NCBI RefSeq assembly: GCF_047727585.1
Contig: NZ_CP159820.1
Span: forward strand, 749,623 to 781,622
From: Candidatus Pelagibacter sp. Uisw_104
Lineage (GTDB): Bacteria; Pseudomonadota; Alphaproteobacteria; Pelagibacterales; Pelagibacteraceae
Reading direction: 5' to 3'
DNA: 32,000 nt
Part shown: positions 1-8,351 of the stretch, piece after piece
Layout of the letters: each line of letters begins with the position of its first letter
Position numbering within the stretch: the first letter of the stretch is position 1
Notes under the pieces: model-generated
The model's database searches: none
What the model was told of the DNA's origin: nothing
What the model saw: only the letters and a program-made list of their open reading frames with translations
Program-made: the position numbers and the translations under genes

Positions 1-2
1 AA

Positions 3-2552
3 ACTATAAATAAATATCTAGGTGATGATTATATTGTATTAGCAAGTTATGGTCATATTAGAGACCTTCCCTCAAAAAATGGCTCTGTTGATCCAGAAAA
101 TAATTTTAAAATGGAATGGGAAGTAGATAGTTTCTCTAAAAAATATCTTAAAAAAATTACAGATGCAGCTAAAATTTCATCAAAAATTATATTAGCAACT
201 GACCCTGACCGTGAGGGAGAGGCGATTGCTTGGCATGTTAAAGAATATTTAAATGAGAAAAAATTAATTAAAGACAAACATGTAGAAAGAGTTGTTTTTA
301 ATGAAATTACAAAAAAAGCTGTTATTCATGGAATTGAAAACCCACGACAAATAGAGCCACTACTTGTTGATGCCTATATGGCTAGAAGAGCCTTAGACTA
401 TTTAGTTGGCTTTAACATATCACCAATTTTATGGACAAAGTTACCTGGTTCTAAATCTGCAGGTCGTGTTCAGTCAGTTGCCTTAAAATTAATTACAGAA
501 CGAGAACATGAAATTGAGCTTTTTGATCCTGAAGAATTTTGGACTTTAAGTGTTCAATTCAACGACAATGATAAAAATTCTATATTAGCAAGTATCACTC
601 AATTGAATGATAAAAAAATTGAAAAATTTTCTTTTAAAAATAAAGCTGAAATTGATAAAGCAATGGATGAAGTTAAGTCTAAGAAGTTCAATATAAATGA
701 CATCTCAAGCAAAGTTGTTAACAGAAACCCTTCGGGCCCTTTTACTACCTCTACATTACAGCAAGTTTCTTCTAGTAGACTGGGATTTGGAGCGTCACGT
801 ACAATGCAAATAGCTCAAAAACTTTATCAAGGTATAGAAATAGACGGTGAAACTATTGGTCTTATCACGTACATGCGAACAGATGGCACCAACTTATCTA
901 CGGACGCTATAGACACCTTTAGGAAATATATAAAAAATGAGTTTGGCGATGAATATGTTCCAGATAATGCAGCAAGTTACTCTGGGAAAAAAGCTAAAAA
1001 TGCTCAAGAAGCACATGAAGCAATTAGACCTACAGATATTATGCGAGCACCAGGAACAGTTAAAAAATTTCTAAGTCCAGATCAGCATAAATTATATGAT
1101 TTAATTTGGAGTAGAGCCCTATCCTCTCAAATGAAACCTGCTCAATTTGATAGAAATACTATAACGATAACCTCAGACGATAATGGAACAATCTGTAAAG
1201 CTAGCGGATCTGTAATTAAGTTTGATGGCTTTTTAAAGGTTATGAAAGATACGAAAAAAGATGATGATGAAGATATCCTTCCTAAAATGAACAAAGGTCC
1301 AGTTAATATAGAGGCTCTATTAGATGAACAACATTTTACACAGCCACCACCAAGATACTCTGAAGCAAGTTTAGTTAAAAAATTAGAAGAACTGGGTATT
1401 GGAAGACCCTCAACATATGCAAGTATAATATCTGTTATATCTACTAGAGGGTATGCAGAAGCAATTAATAAAAGATTTCACCCAACAGATCGTGGTAAAC
1501 TAATTTCTGCTTTTCTTGAAAAACTTTTTTCTAAATATGTTGACTATAACTTCACTGCAAGTTTAGAAAATCAACTTGATGATATTACTACCGGTAAGGA
1601 AGGATGGATAAAAGTTCTAGAGTTATTTTGGAAAGACTTTAATCAAAATGTATCTGAAGTTAAAGAGAAAAGAACTAGAGAAGTTTTAGATCTATTAAAC
1701 GATAGTCTAGGAAGTTTAATTTTTGAAAGAGATACAGATGGAAATATTAATAGACAATGTAAGTTATGTGAAAGTGGATCATTAAGTTTAAAAAATAGTT
1801 TTAGAGGTGGTGCTTTTATTGGTTGTTCAAATTATCCAGATTGTAAATTTACCAGACCCCTGTCTAAAGCTAAAGCAGCTGCACAATCTCAACTAGCTAA
1901 ACCAAAGTTTATAGGAAAACATGAAAATGGTAATGATATGTATCTTAAAAATGGAAGATTTGGCCCCTATTTGCAATATGAAAAAATTGATGAAGTGAAA
2001 GAAGAAGCTGTTATTAAAACAAAAAAGAAAAAGAAAACAAAAAAAAATAAGATAGAAAAAGAAGATAATAATTTAAGAAATGTTTCTATACCTAAAGGAA
2101 TTACATTGGATAGTGTAGATATTGATAGGGCTAAATTTTTATGCTCATTACCAAAAAGTTTAGGTATTAACCCTGAAAATCAAAAAGATATAATTTTAAA
2201 TTCAGGAAGATTTGGTCCATATTTAAAATGTGAAAATAAGTCAGCAAGAATTGAGAATGTTGAAGAAATCTTCTCAATTGGTCTAAACAGAGCAATCACT
2301 CTAATAGCAGAGGCTAAACCAGGCAAAATGTCTGCATCAATAATAAAAGATTTAGGGGAACACCCTGAAGATAAAAGACCTGTTAGGGTAATGAAAGGTC
2401 AATATGGACCTTATATCAAATATAAATCTCTAAATGCAACAATTCCTGAAGAAAAGGATCCTTTAGAACTTAATATGGAGGAAGCCTTAATATTGATTGA
2501 GAAAAGAAAAGAATACGATAAAAATAAGAAAAGAAAAAAAAGGAAAAAATGA
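3..2552 (+). CDS. topA: DNA topoisomerase I (5' end cut by window edge, roughly 15 codons missing)
   Basis: Frame 3 is open from base 3 (TINKYLGDDYIVLASYGHIRDLP) and runs into the listed 111..2552 ORF. It has the Toprim motif TDPDREGEAIAWH, the active-site region LITYMRTDGT, one C4 zinc ribbon (CKLC...CSNYPDC, 1758..1844) and three G(R/Q)(F/Y)GPY C-terminal repeats (1953..2414). TGA stop at 2550..2552. Confidence 0.97.
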   Translation, partial: TINKYLGDDYIVLASYGHIRDLPSKNGSVDPENNFKMEWEVDSFSKKYLKKITDAAKISSKIILATDPDREGEAIAWHVKEYLNEKKLIKDKHVERVVFNEITKKAVIHGIENPRQIEPLLVDAYMARRALDYLVGFNISPILWTKLPGSKSAGRVQSVALKLITEREHEIELFDPEEFWTLSVQFNDNDKNSILASITQLNDKKIEKFSFKNKAEIDKAMDEVKSKKFNINDISSKVVNRNPSGPFTTSTLQQVSSSRLGFGASRTMQIAQKLYQGIEIDGETIGLITYMRTDGTNLSTDAIDTFRKYIKNEFGDEYVPDNAASYSGKKAKNAQEAHEAIRPTDIMRAPGTVKKFLSPDQHKLYDLIWSRALSSQMKPAQFDRNTITITSDDNGTICKASGSVIKFDGFLKVMKDTKKDDDEDILPKMNKGPVNIEALLDEQHFTQPPPRYSEASLVKKLEELGIGRPSTYASIISVISTRGYAEAINKRFHPTDRGKLISAFLEKLFSKYVDYNFTASLENQLDDITTGKEGWIKVLELFWKDFNQNVSEVKEKRTREVLDLLNDSLGSLIFERDTDGNINRQCKLCESGSLSLKNSFRGGAFIGCSNYPDCKFTRPLSKAKAAAQSQLAKPKFIGKHENGNDMYLKNGRFGPYLQYEKIDEVKEEAVIKTKKKKKTKKNKIEKEDNNLRNVSIPKGITLDSVDIDRAKFLCSLPKSLGINPENQKDIILNSGRFGPYLKCENKSARIENVEEIFSIGLNRAITLIAEAKPGKMSASIIKDLGEHPEDKRPVRVMKGQYGPYIKYKSLNATIPEEKDPLELNMEEALILIEKRKEYDKNKKRKKRKK

Positions 2553-2887
2553 ATAAAATAACTTATTTTGTGATAGCAACAACATTAATGTTAAGTTCTG
2601 CATCTGCACTTGAAAAAAAAGATTGTTCAGGGTTAAAAAAACTATCCAAAGCTTTTATAGCATGCAAGTCAGGAAACCTTAAAGCTGGAATAGTTAATAC
2701 TGGAAGTGCTATAAAAAAAGGAACTGTTGGGAAAATTAAAAAAAACAATGAAAACACAAATGAAAATTCAGAAGGATTAAAAGAAAAAGTTAGTATAAAA
2801 GCAGAAGAAATTAAAAAGAAGGCTAGCAATCTATTTGATGGTTCAACTAAACAATACCCAAAATATTCAAAAAGCAAAAAAAAATGA
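2549..2887 (+). CDS. Hypothetical small Lys-rich protein with predicted N-terminal signal peptide (112 aa)
   Basis: The ORF exactly fills the topA/RidA-family gap and has ATGA start/stop overlaps at both ends (2549..2552 and 2884..2887). The N-terminus MNKITYFVIATTLMLSSASA-LE looks like a Sec signal with an ASA cleavage motif. The mature part has two Cys and about 25 Lys of 112 residues by my count. I recognise no family. Confidence 0.6.
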   Translation: MNKITYFVIATTLMLSSASALEKKDCSGLKKLSKAFIACKSGNLKAGIVNTGSAIKKGTVGKIKKNNENTNENSEGLKEKVSIKAEEIKKKASNLFDGSTKQYPKYSKSKKK

Positions 2888-3345
2888 ATTTTGAAGAAAA
2901 AATAAAAGAATTAAATTTAGAACTTCCTGAAGCTAGAGATCCTGTTGGTTCCTATGTGGCGGCTAAACAAATTGGTAAAATGTTATTCATCTCAGGACAA
3001 ATTTCTATCGCAGTAGATGGAGAATTAATCAAAGGTAAAGTTGGCAAAGATTTAAAAACTGAAGATGGATATGAGGCAGCTAAACGTTGTGGCTTAAATA
3101 TAATATCCCAAGTTAAAAAAGCTTGTGATAACGATCTTTCAAAAGTTAAATCTTGTGTGAAACTGACAGGATTTGTTAATTCAACAGAAGACTTTATAGA
3201 ACAGCCTAAAGTAATAAATGGTGCTTCAGATTTAATAGTTTCAGTTTTTGGAGACTGTGGAATGCATACAAGAGCTGCAGTTAGTACAAACAGTTTACCA
3301 CTTGGTGTATCAGTCGAAGTTGATGCTATTTTTGAATTAAATTAA
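2884..3345 (+). CDS. RidA/YjgF/UK114-family protein (153 aa)
   Basis: The pattern LELPEARDPVGSYVAAKQIGKMLFISGQ...GKVG...AAKRCGLNIISQVK...VKLTGFVNS...INGASDLIVSVFGD.G.HTRAAVSTNSLPLGVSVEVDAIFEL is typical of the YjgF/RidA-like subfamily common in alphaproteobacteria. ATG at 2884, TAA at 3343..3345. Confidence 0.85.
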   Translation: MNFEEKIKELNLELPEARDPVGSYVAAKQIGKMLFISGQISIAVDGELIKGKVGKDLKTEDGYEAAKRCGLNIISQVKKACDNDLSKVKSCVKLTGFVNSTEDFIEQPKVINGASDLIVSVFGDCGMHTRAAVSTNSLPLGVSVEVDAIFELN

Positions 3346-4640
3346 TTTCCAATACTAAAGTATTTAATTTTGTGATCTTTCATCTTGTTAACTGAGTAAA
3401 TATTTCTCATATCAAAAATTGAGAACTTTTTATTTTTCACATCTTTTTTGAAATTAATAGTTTTAAAATCATTCCACTCTGTGTGAATAATTATTAAATC
3501 TGATTTTTTAATTGCATCTTTAATATTATTTGAAAAAATAACATTCTTAAATTTTTTAAAATCTGGCTTTTCTCCGGTAGGATCAAAATAATTGATTTTT
3601 GCACCTTTTTTGATCAATGTAGGGATCATAGATAAACATGAAGAATCTCTCATGTCATCAGTATTTGCCTTAAATGTTACCCCTAAGAAACAAATATTTT
3701 TATTTTTTATTTTATTTTTTAAAATATCAAAAACTCTTTTTAACATTAACGATGATCTATTATCATTTGATTTAATAACACTTTTAATAACCGTTAAATT
3801 TGTTTTAAATTTATTTGCAGTAACTGTAATGGCCTTAGTATCTTTTGGAAAACAAGACCCGCCATAGGCAGGACCTGCTCTTAAAAAACGGCCACCAATT
3901 CTATTATCAAGACCCATGCCTATAGAGACATCTTCAATATTAACATCAATTTTTTCGCATAAATTAGCTAATTCATTAATAAATGTTATTTTAGTGGCTA
4001 AAAAAGCATTAGAAGCATATTTTATTAATTCTGCAGCTCTTCTAGAGGTATTAACGTACTTTGCACCTTTTGATATCTGTGGCAAATAAAGATTTTTTAA
4101 AATCTTATTAGATTTTTTATTATTAGTACCTATGACAATTCTGTCAGGATAGGTAAAATCTCTTATAGCATCACCTTCTCTTAGAAATTCAGGATTTGAA
4201 ACTACTGAAAAAAGTTTTTTTGATACTTTTTTTGAAATAATTTTTTCTATTTCATCACCTGTTGTTACTGGAACAGTAGATTTAGTTATAATAATTTTAA
4301 ATTTTTTAATTGATTTACTAATTTCTTTTACAACGTTGTATACCTGACTTAAGTCAGCATCGTTTCCATTTTTTTTAATGGGTGTGCCAACGCAAATAAA
4401 AATAATGTCAGATTTTAAAATTGAAACTTTTAAATTTGTAGAGAACTTTAGACGTTTATTTTTATAATTTTTAATAACCAATTGATCCAATCCAGGTTCA
4501 TATATGGGGATAATACCATTTTTTAAGTTTTCAATTTTACTTAAATCTTTATCAACACAAATGACATCATTTCCTAAATCAGAAAAACAAACACCACTTA
4601 CTAAACCAACATACCCAGTTCCTATCATGCAAAGTTTCAT
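3342..4640 (-). CDS. ugd: UDP-glucose 6-dehydrogenase
   Basis: N-terminal Rossmann motif MIGTGYVGLVSGVCFSDLGNDVICVDKD, then IYEPGL, and the catalytic-Cys region GGSCFPKDT. Size (432 aa) is typical of the UDP-glucose/GDP-mannose dehydrogenase family. The ATG overlaps the galU stop as ATGA. Confidence 0.93.
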   Translation of the reverse strand: MKLCMIGTGYVGLVSGVCFSDLGNDVICVDKDLSKIENLKNGIIPIYEPGLDQLVIKNYKNKRLKFSTNLKVSILKSDIIFICVGTPIKKNGNDADLSQVYNVVKEISKSIKKFKIIITKSTVPVTTGDEIEKIISKKVSKKLFSVVSNPEFLREGDAIRDFTYPDRIVIGTNNKKSNKILKNLYLPQISKGAKYVNTSRRAAELIKYASNAFLATKITFINELANLCEKIDVNIEDVSIGMGLDNRIGGRFLRAGPAYGGSCFPKDTKAITVTANKFKTNLTVIKSVIKSNDNRSSLMLKRVFDILKNKIKNKNICFLGVTFKANTDDMRDSSCLSMIPTLIKKGAKINYFDPTGEKPDFKKFKNVIFSNNIKDAIKKSDLIIIHTEWNDFKTINFKKDVKNKKFSIFDMRNIYSVNKMKDHKIKYFSIGN

Positions 4641-5452
4641 TTTTTGGAAATCTCCAACGTTGATTTAATATATCCTTGCATTGTTCCGCAATCTAAGTAT
4701 TTACCAGAAAAATTGTGACCAATGAATTGATAATCATCCTCTATTAAAGCTTGAATAGCATCCGTGATATGAAATTCTCCGCTTTTGCCTGGTTTTAATG
4801 ATTTTAATTTAGAAAAAATTGTTTTAGGTAATATATATCTTCCAATTACAGCATTATTAGAAGGTGAAGTTTTTATAGAAGGCTTTTCAATAACATTATT
4901 TATAATAAAATTATTTTTATCAATTTTTTTTTTTATGCTGTAGATACCCCATCTAGATACATCACTTTTATTAACCTTCATGCTTGCCATAACTGGTGCT
5001 TTAAATTTTTGATGAACGGCTATCATAGACTTTGAGCAGTTTTCTTTAATTATCAAATCATCAGGTAATAACATTAAAAAATATTTATCTGTGATAAATT
5101 TTTTAGTTTTATAGACGGCATCACCAGTTCCTAATGGTTTATCCTGAAAAACAAATTTAATCATTTTTTTGTATTTAAGAATTTTTTTATATTCTTTGAT
5201 AATTTTTGGATCGGCTTTTTTTTTGATTATATCTTTATAAAATTTATCATTATAGAAATAATTCTTTATCATCATCTTTTTTTTAGAAATGATAAATACA
5301 ACCTCCTTAATGCCCGCTTCAATACATTCGTCGAGAATATATTCAAGGCCAGGTTTTCCATTAATAGGTAAAAGCTCTTTTGCAAAAACACTAGTTAGTG
5401 GTAGTAGTCTAGTTCCGAGACCAGCCAAAGGAATTATAGCTTGTTTAATCAT
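4637..5452 (-). CDS. galU: UTP--glucose-1-phosphate uridylyltransferase
   Basis: AIIPLAGLGTRLLPLT...KELLPI, VIEKPS...SPSNNAVIGRYIL and GEFHITDAIQ match GalU signature regions. Forms an apparent two-gene unit with ugd. Confidence 0.93.
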   Translation of the reverse strand: MIKQAIIPLAGLGTRLLPLTSVFAKELLPINGKPGLEYILDECIEAGIKEVVFIISKKKMMIKNYFYNDKFYKDIIKKKADPKIIKEYKKILKYKKMIKFVFQDKPLGTGDAVYKTKKFITDKYFLMLLPDDLIIKENCSKSMIAVHQKFKAPVMASMKVNKSDVSRWGIYSIKKKIDKNNFIINNVIEKPSIKTSPSNNAVIGRYILPKTIFSKLKSLKPGKSGEFHITDAIQALIEDDYQFIGHNFSGKYLDCGTMQGYIKSTLEISKK

Positions 5453-5486
5453 ATAAATGTTTTACTTATTAATATTCTTATTACAA

Positions 5487-6299
5487 ATGAAATTAATAAA
5501 ATTAAAAACTGATTTAATTAAGGCAATTGAGTTTGATAAAAAATTAGGTTTTGTACCAACAATGGGAAGTTTACATAATGGTCACAAAGCATTAATCGAA
5601 AAATCAAAGAAAAACTGTAAAAAAACATTAGTAAGTATTTTTATTAACCCAACTCAATTTAATAATAAAAAAGATTACAAAACATATCCAAAAAATTTAA
5701 AGAAGGATTTGAATTACCTTAAAAAACTTAAAGTTGATTACGTATACTTACCAACCGTTAATCAAATTTATTGGAAGAAAAATGATGAGATTAAGCTAAA
5801 TAAATCACAAAATATATTGTGTGCAAAATTTAGAAAAGGACATTTTGAAGGTGTACTTGATGTTTTGAGTCGTTTTGTTGAGTTAATTTTCCCGCAAAAA
5901 ATATTTATGGGACAGAAAGATTTTCAACAATTTTTCTTAGTGAAAAACTACATTGAAAATAAGTATGATACTAAAGTTTACGTATGTAGAACAATTAGGG
6001 ATAAAAACAAGTTAGCTTTATCTTCAAGAAACTCTTTATTAAATAAGAAAAGTTTTATTGAATCAGGAGTAATTACGAAAAAATTGCTAAAATTAAAAAA
6101 TAAAATTAACAGAAATAGAAAAAATTACAAAAAATTAATATTTGATTTAAAGAAAGAACTATCTAAAAATTTTGATATTAAAATTGAATATTTGGAATGT
6201 AGAAACACACAAAATCTAAGTACTAGTATTTTGAAGAAACCTTTTAAACTTTTTGTAGCTTACTATATCAATAATGTCCGATTAATTGATAATTTTTAA
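5487..6299 (+). CDS. panC: Pantoate--beta-alanine ligase (pantothenate synthetase)
   Basis: [15 protein letters not shown] (HIGH-type motif of PanC) and FINPTQF. I prefer the ATG at 5487 (MKLIKLKTD...) because it places PTMG about 24 residues from the N-terminus, as in characterised PanC. The upstream ATG at 5457 would add only a hydrophobic [10 protein letters not shown]. Confidence 0.9.
   Translation: MKLIKLKTDLIKAIEFDKKLGFVPTMGSLHNGHKALIEKSKKNCKKTLVSIFINPTQFNNKKDYKTYPKNLKKDLNYLKKLKVDYVYLPTVNQIYWKKNDEIKLNKSQNILCAKFRKGHFEGVLDVLSRFVELIFPQKIFMGQKDFQQFFLVKNYIENKYDTKVYVCRTIRDKNKLALSSRNSLLNKKSFIESGVITKKLLKLKNKINRNRKNYKKLIFDLKKELSKNFDIKIEYLECRNTQNLSTSILKKPFKLFVAYYINNVRLIDNF
6266..6297 (+). terminator. 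Terminator-like hairpin plus T5 embedded in the last codons of panC
   Basis: The arms TATCAATAAT (6266..6275) and ATTAATTGATA (6281..6291) form about 10 bp with one bulged A (6284) around loop GTCCG. T5 follows at 6293..6297 and runs into the TAA stop. The stem is almost all A-T, so predicted stability is low. Confidence 0.25.
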
Positions 6300-7669
6300 A
6301 GAAAATAAGCACTAACACCAAGAAATGAAACAAAACCAATAACATCAGTAATAGTTGTTACAAATACACTTGATGCAATAGCGGGATCAATGTCCATTTT
6401 TTTTAAAGTAATAGGTACTAAAATTCCAAATAACCCAGCAACAATCATCGTAACTATCATTGACATAGAAATAATTAGAGAAAGTAAAGAATCTTGAAAC
6501 CAAACTTGAACTACTAACGCACTTATTATTGCAAATATAATGCCATTTAAAATACCAATATTAAATTCCTTTAAAATATTTTGTGAAAAGTTATTTTTTG
6601 TTAAATCATTTGTTGCTAAAGTTCTTACTGTAACAGCTAATGTTTGCATTCCAGCATTACCCCCCATAGAAGCAACGATTGGCATTAGAAATGCAAGTAC
6701 AATCATTTGTTCGATTGTTGCACCAAATAGACTAATTACCCATGTTGCAAGAAATGCAGTAAATAGATTTAATAAAAGCCAGTTAAACCTTCTTCTAGTT
6801 TTCTTAAAAACACCATCAGTAATTTCTTCATCACCTACTCCAGCTAATCTTAAAGCATCTTCCTCAGCTTCTTCTTTTAAAACTGTTAAGACATCATCAT
6901 ACATGATCATACCAACTAACTTGTTTGATTTATCGACAACAGCTGCTGAATTTAAGTTATAGTTTTCAAATACGTTACCAACCTCCTCTTTGTCCATATC
7001 TACAGGAATAAGTAGCTGAGATTCTGACATAATAGAAAGCATTTTAGTTTCTCTCGAAGTAGTTAAAACTTTTGATGATGGAACAGTTCCAATTGGCTTA
7101 AAACCCTCATCTATAATGAAAATTTCTAAAAATTCTTCAGGTAAATCTTTATTTTCTCTTAAATAATCAATCGTTTGGCCAACAGACCAATTACTAGGAA
7201 CGGCCGTAAACTCACGTTGCATTATTCTAGCTGCTGTGTCTTCCGGGTAACTTAAGCTTTCTAGTAAAGCAAATCTATCTTTTGGAGGTAAAGAACTTAA
7301 TATTGTATTCTTATCTTTTTCGTCAACATTTTCTAAAATTGTTATGGCATCATCAGATTCAAGGTTTTTTAAAAGTTTAACAATTGTATCAGGTGATAAA
7401 TAAGCTATGATTTCAGACTGTACTGACTCGTTTAATTCAATAAAAACTTCTGGATCTATATTGAAATTATTAAGTTTTATTAAACTTTCTCTATCATTTT
7501 GACCAAGATGTTCAATTATATCAGCTGCATCGGCTGGGTGCATTTCATTAAAAGAATTCGTAATAAATTGAGCATCATTATTAGTTATCTTGGAAGTAAC
7601 AACTTTTATGTACTCTTTATTAAACTCAAAATTAACTTTTTTATCTTTTATTTTTTTTATTAAAGACAT
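6296..7669 (-). CDS. mgtE: Magnesium transporter MgtE
   Basis: N-terminal MgtE domain ([13 protein letters not shown]), a central CBS-pair region, and a C-terminal membrane domain with MGGNAGMQT and ITDVIGF motifs. 457 aa. Confidence 0.93.
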   Translation of the reverse strand: MSLIKKIKDKKVNFEFNKEYIKVVTSKITNNDAQFITNSFNEMHPADAADIIEHLGQNDRESLIKLNNFNIDPEVFIELNESVQSEIIAYLSPDTIVKLLKNLESDDAITILENVDEKDKNTILSSLPPKDRFALLESLSYPEDTAARIMQREFTAVPSNWSVGQTIDYLRENKDLPEEFLEIFIIDEGFKPIGTVPSSKVLTTSRETKMLSIMSESQLLIPVDMDKEEVGNVFENYNLNSAAVVDKSNKLVGMIMYDDVLTVLKEEAEEDALRLAGVGDEEITDGVFKKTRRRFNWLLLNLFTAFLATWVISLFGATIEQMIVLAFLMPIVASMGGNAGMQTLAVTVRTLATNDLTKNNFSQNILKEFNIGILNGIIFAIISALVVQVWFQDSLLSLIISMSMIVTMIVAGLFGILVPITLKKMDIDPAIASSVFVTTITDVIGFVSFLGVSAYFL

Positions 7670-7691
7670 AAATTTACCTATAAATCAATTT

Positions 7692-7706
7692 TGCACTAAT
7701 AGTGCA
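7692..7706. promoter_or_regulatory. Perfect 15-bp palindrome TGCACTA-A-TAGTGCA in the 61-bp mgtE/lipB divergent spacer (candidate operator)
   Basis: Read directly: 7692..7698 TGCACTA, 7699 A, 7700..7706 TAGTGCA (exact reverse complement). It is relatively G/C-containing in an otherwise almost pure A/T spacer. Its function is unproven. Confidence 0.35.
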
Positions 7707-7730
7707 TAATAAGAATAATACAATTTATAA

Positions 7731-8351
7731 ATGAATATTGAGATTAAAAAGTCAATAAAACCAATAAAATACGAGGATGCAATAAAATTCCTTGAGGAAA
7801 GATTGTTAGAGATAAACAGTGGTCAAAAAAAGGATTTAATATGGATATTAGAACATGAAGAGGTTTATTCAGCCGGTACTAATTATAAAGAAAAAGAAAT
7901 TATTAATAAAGATATAAATCTAATAAAAACAAATCGTGGAGGAAAAATTACCTATCATGGTCCAGGTCAAATGATTTGTTATTTTGTTATAGATTTAAGA
8001 AAAAGAAAAAAGGATATTAGGAAATTTATAACTTTAATTGAAGAGACAATTATTGATAGCTTATCAAAATTTAACATTAAAACATTTGGTGATCCAAAAA
8101 ATATTGGTATTTGGACTGACCATAAAGGTGAAATTAACAAAGTTGCAGCAATAGGAGTAAGGGTAAGTAAATGGATAGCTTATCATGGATTTGCAATAAA
8201 TATTAATAATGATCTTTCAAAATATAAAAATATTATTCCATGTGGTATTTCAGATAAAGGCGTAATCAATCTTAAAGAAATTAAAGACCAAGACTATAAG
8301 GATTTAGATAAGATTATTATTGATACGTTTTCTAAGAATTTGGAAATCTAA
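7731..8351 (+). CDS. lipB: Octanoyl/lipoyl-[ACP]:protein N-octanoyltransferase
   Basis: [12 protein letters not shown]...[16 protein letters not shown]...[35 protein letters not shown] matches LipB conserved blocks. 206 aa. Confidence 0.93.
   Translation: MNIEIKKSIKPIKYEDAIKFLEERLLEINSGQKKDLIWILEHEEVYSAGTNYKEKEIINKDINLIKTNRGGKITYHGPGQMICYFVIDLRKRKKDIRKFITLIEETIIDSLSKFNIKTFGDPKNIGIWTDHKGEINKVAAIGVRVSKWIAYHGFAININNDLSKYKNIIPCGISDKGVINLKEIKDQDYKDLDKIIIDTFSKNLEI

Noticed and set aside
3351-3371. Palindrome AATACT-AA-AGTATT followed by TAATTTT just after the RidA-family stop (and a similar 5-bp stem plus T5 at 8354..8376 after lipB) as intrinsic terminators
   Set aside because: The stems are only 5 to 6 A/T-rich base pairs with marginal loops. 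Such matches are expected by chance at this base composition. They are noted but not called as features.
5457-5486. Longer panC start at 5457 (adds [10 protein letters not shown])
   Set aside because: The extension is hydrophobic and has no counterpart in PanC. The ATG at 5487 gives the canonical distance to the PTMG..H.GH motif. Kept only as an alternative.
6540-6962. 140-aa plus-strand ORF antisense to mgtE, and similar antisense ORFs (53..277, 2563..2877, 3592..3867, 10306..10539, 11856..12200, 12901..13197, 15200..15493, 18328..18642, 21618..21950, 29244..29513, 31428..31703 and others)
   Set aside because: All lie entirely inside well-supported genes on the opposite strand. Their compositions are Phe/Ser/Leu/Ile-rich and low-complexity, as expected from reading Lys/Glu/Asn-rich codons backwards. 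They have no recognisable motifs and no independent start context. They are shadow ORFs.
7670-7730. M-box (Mg) riboswitch upstream of mgtE, and NtrC-type operator identity for the palindrome
   Set aside because: An M-box needs about 160 nt of structured leader and only 61 bp are available. The TGCAC/GTGCA half-sites recall enhancer-binding-protein sites, but as I recall those are spaced further apart (N7 versus N5 here). No family assignment is justified.
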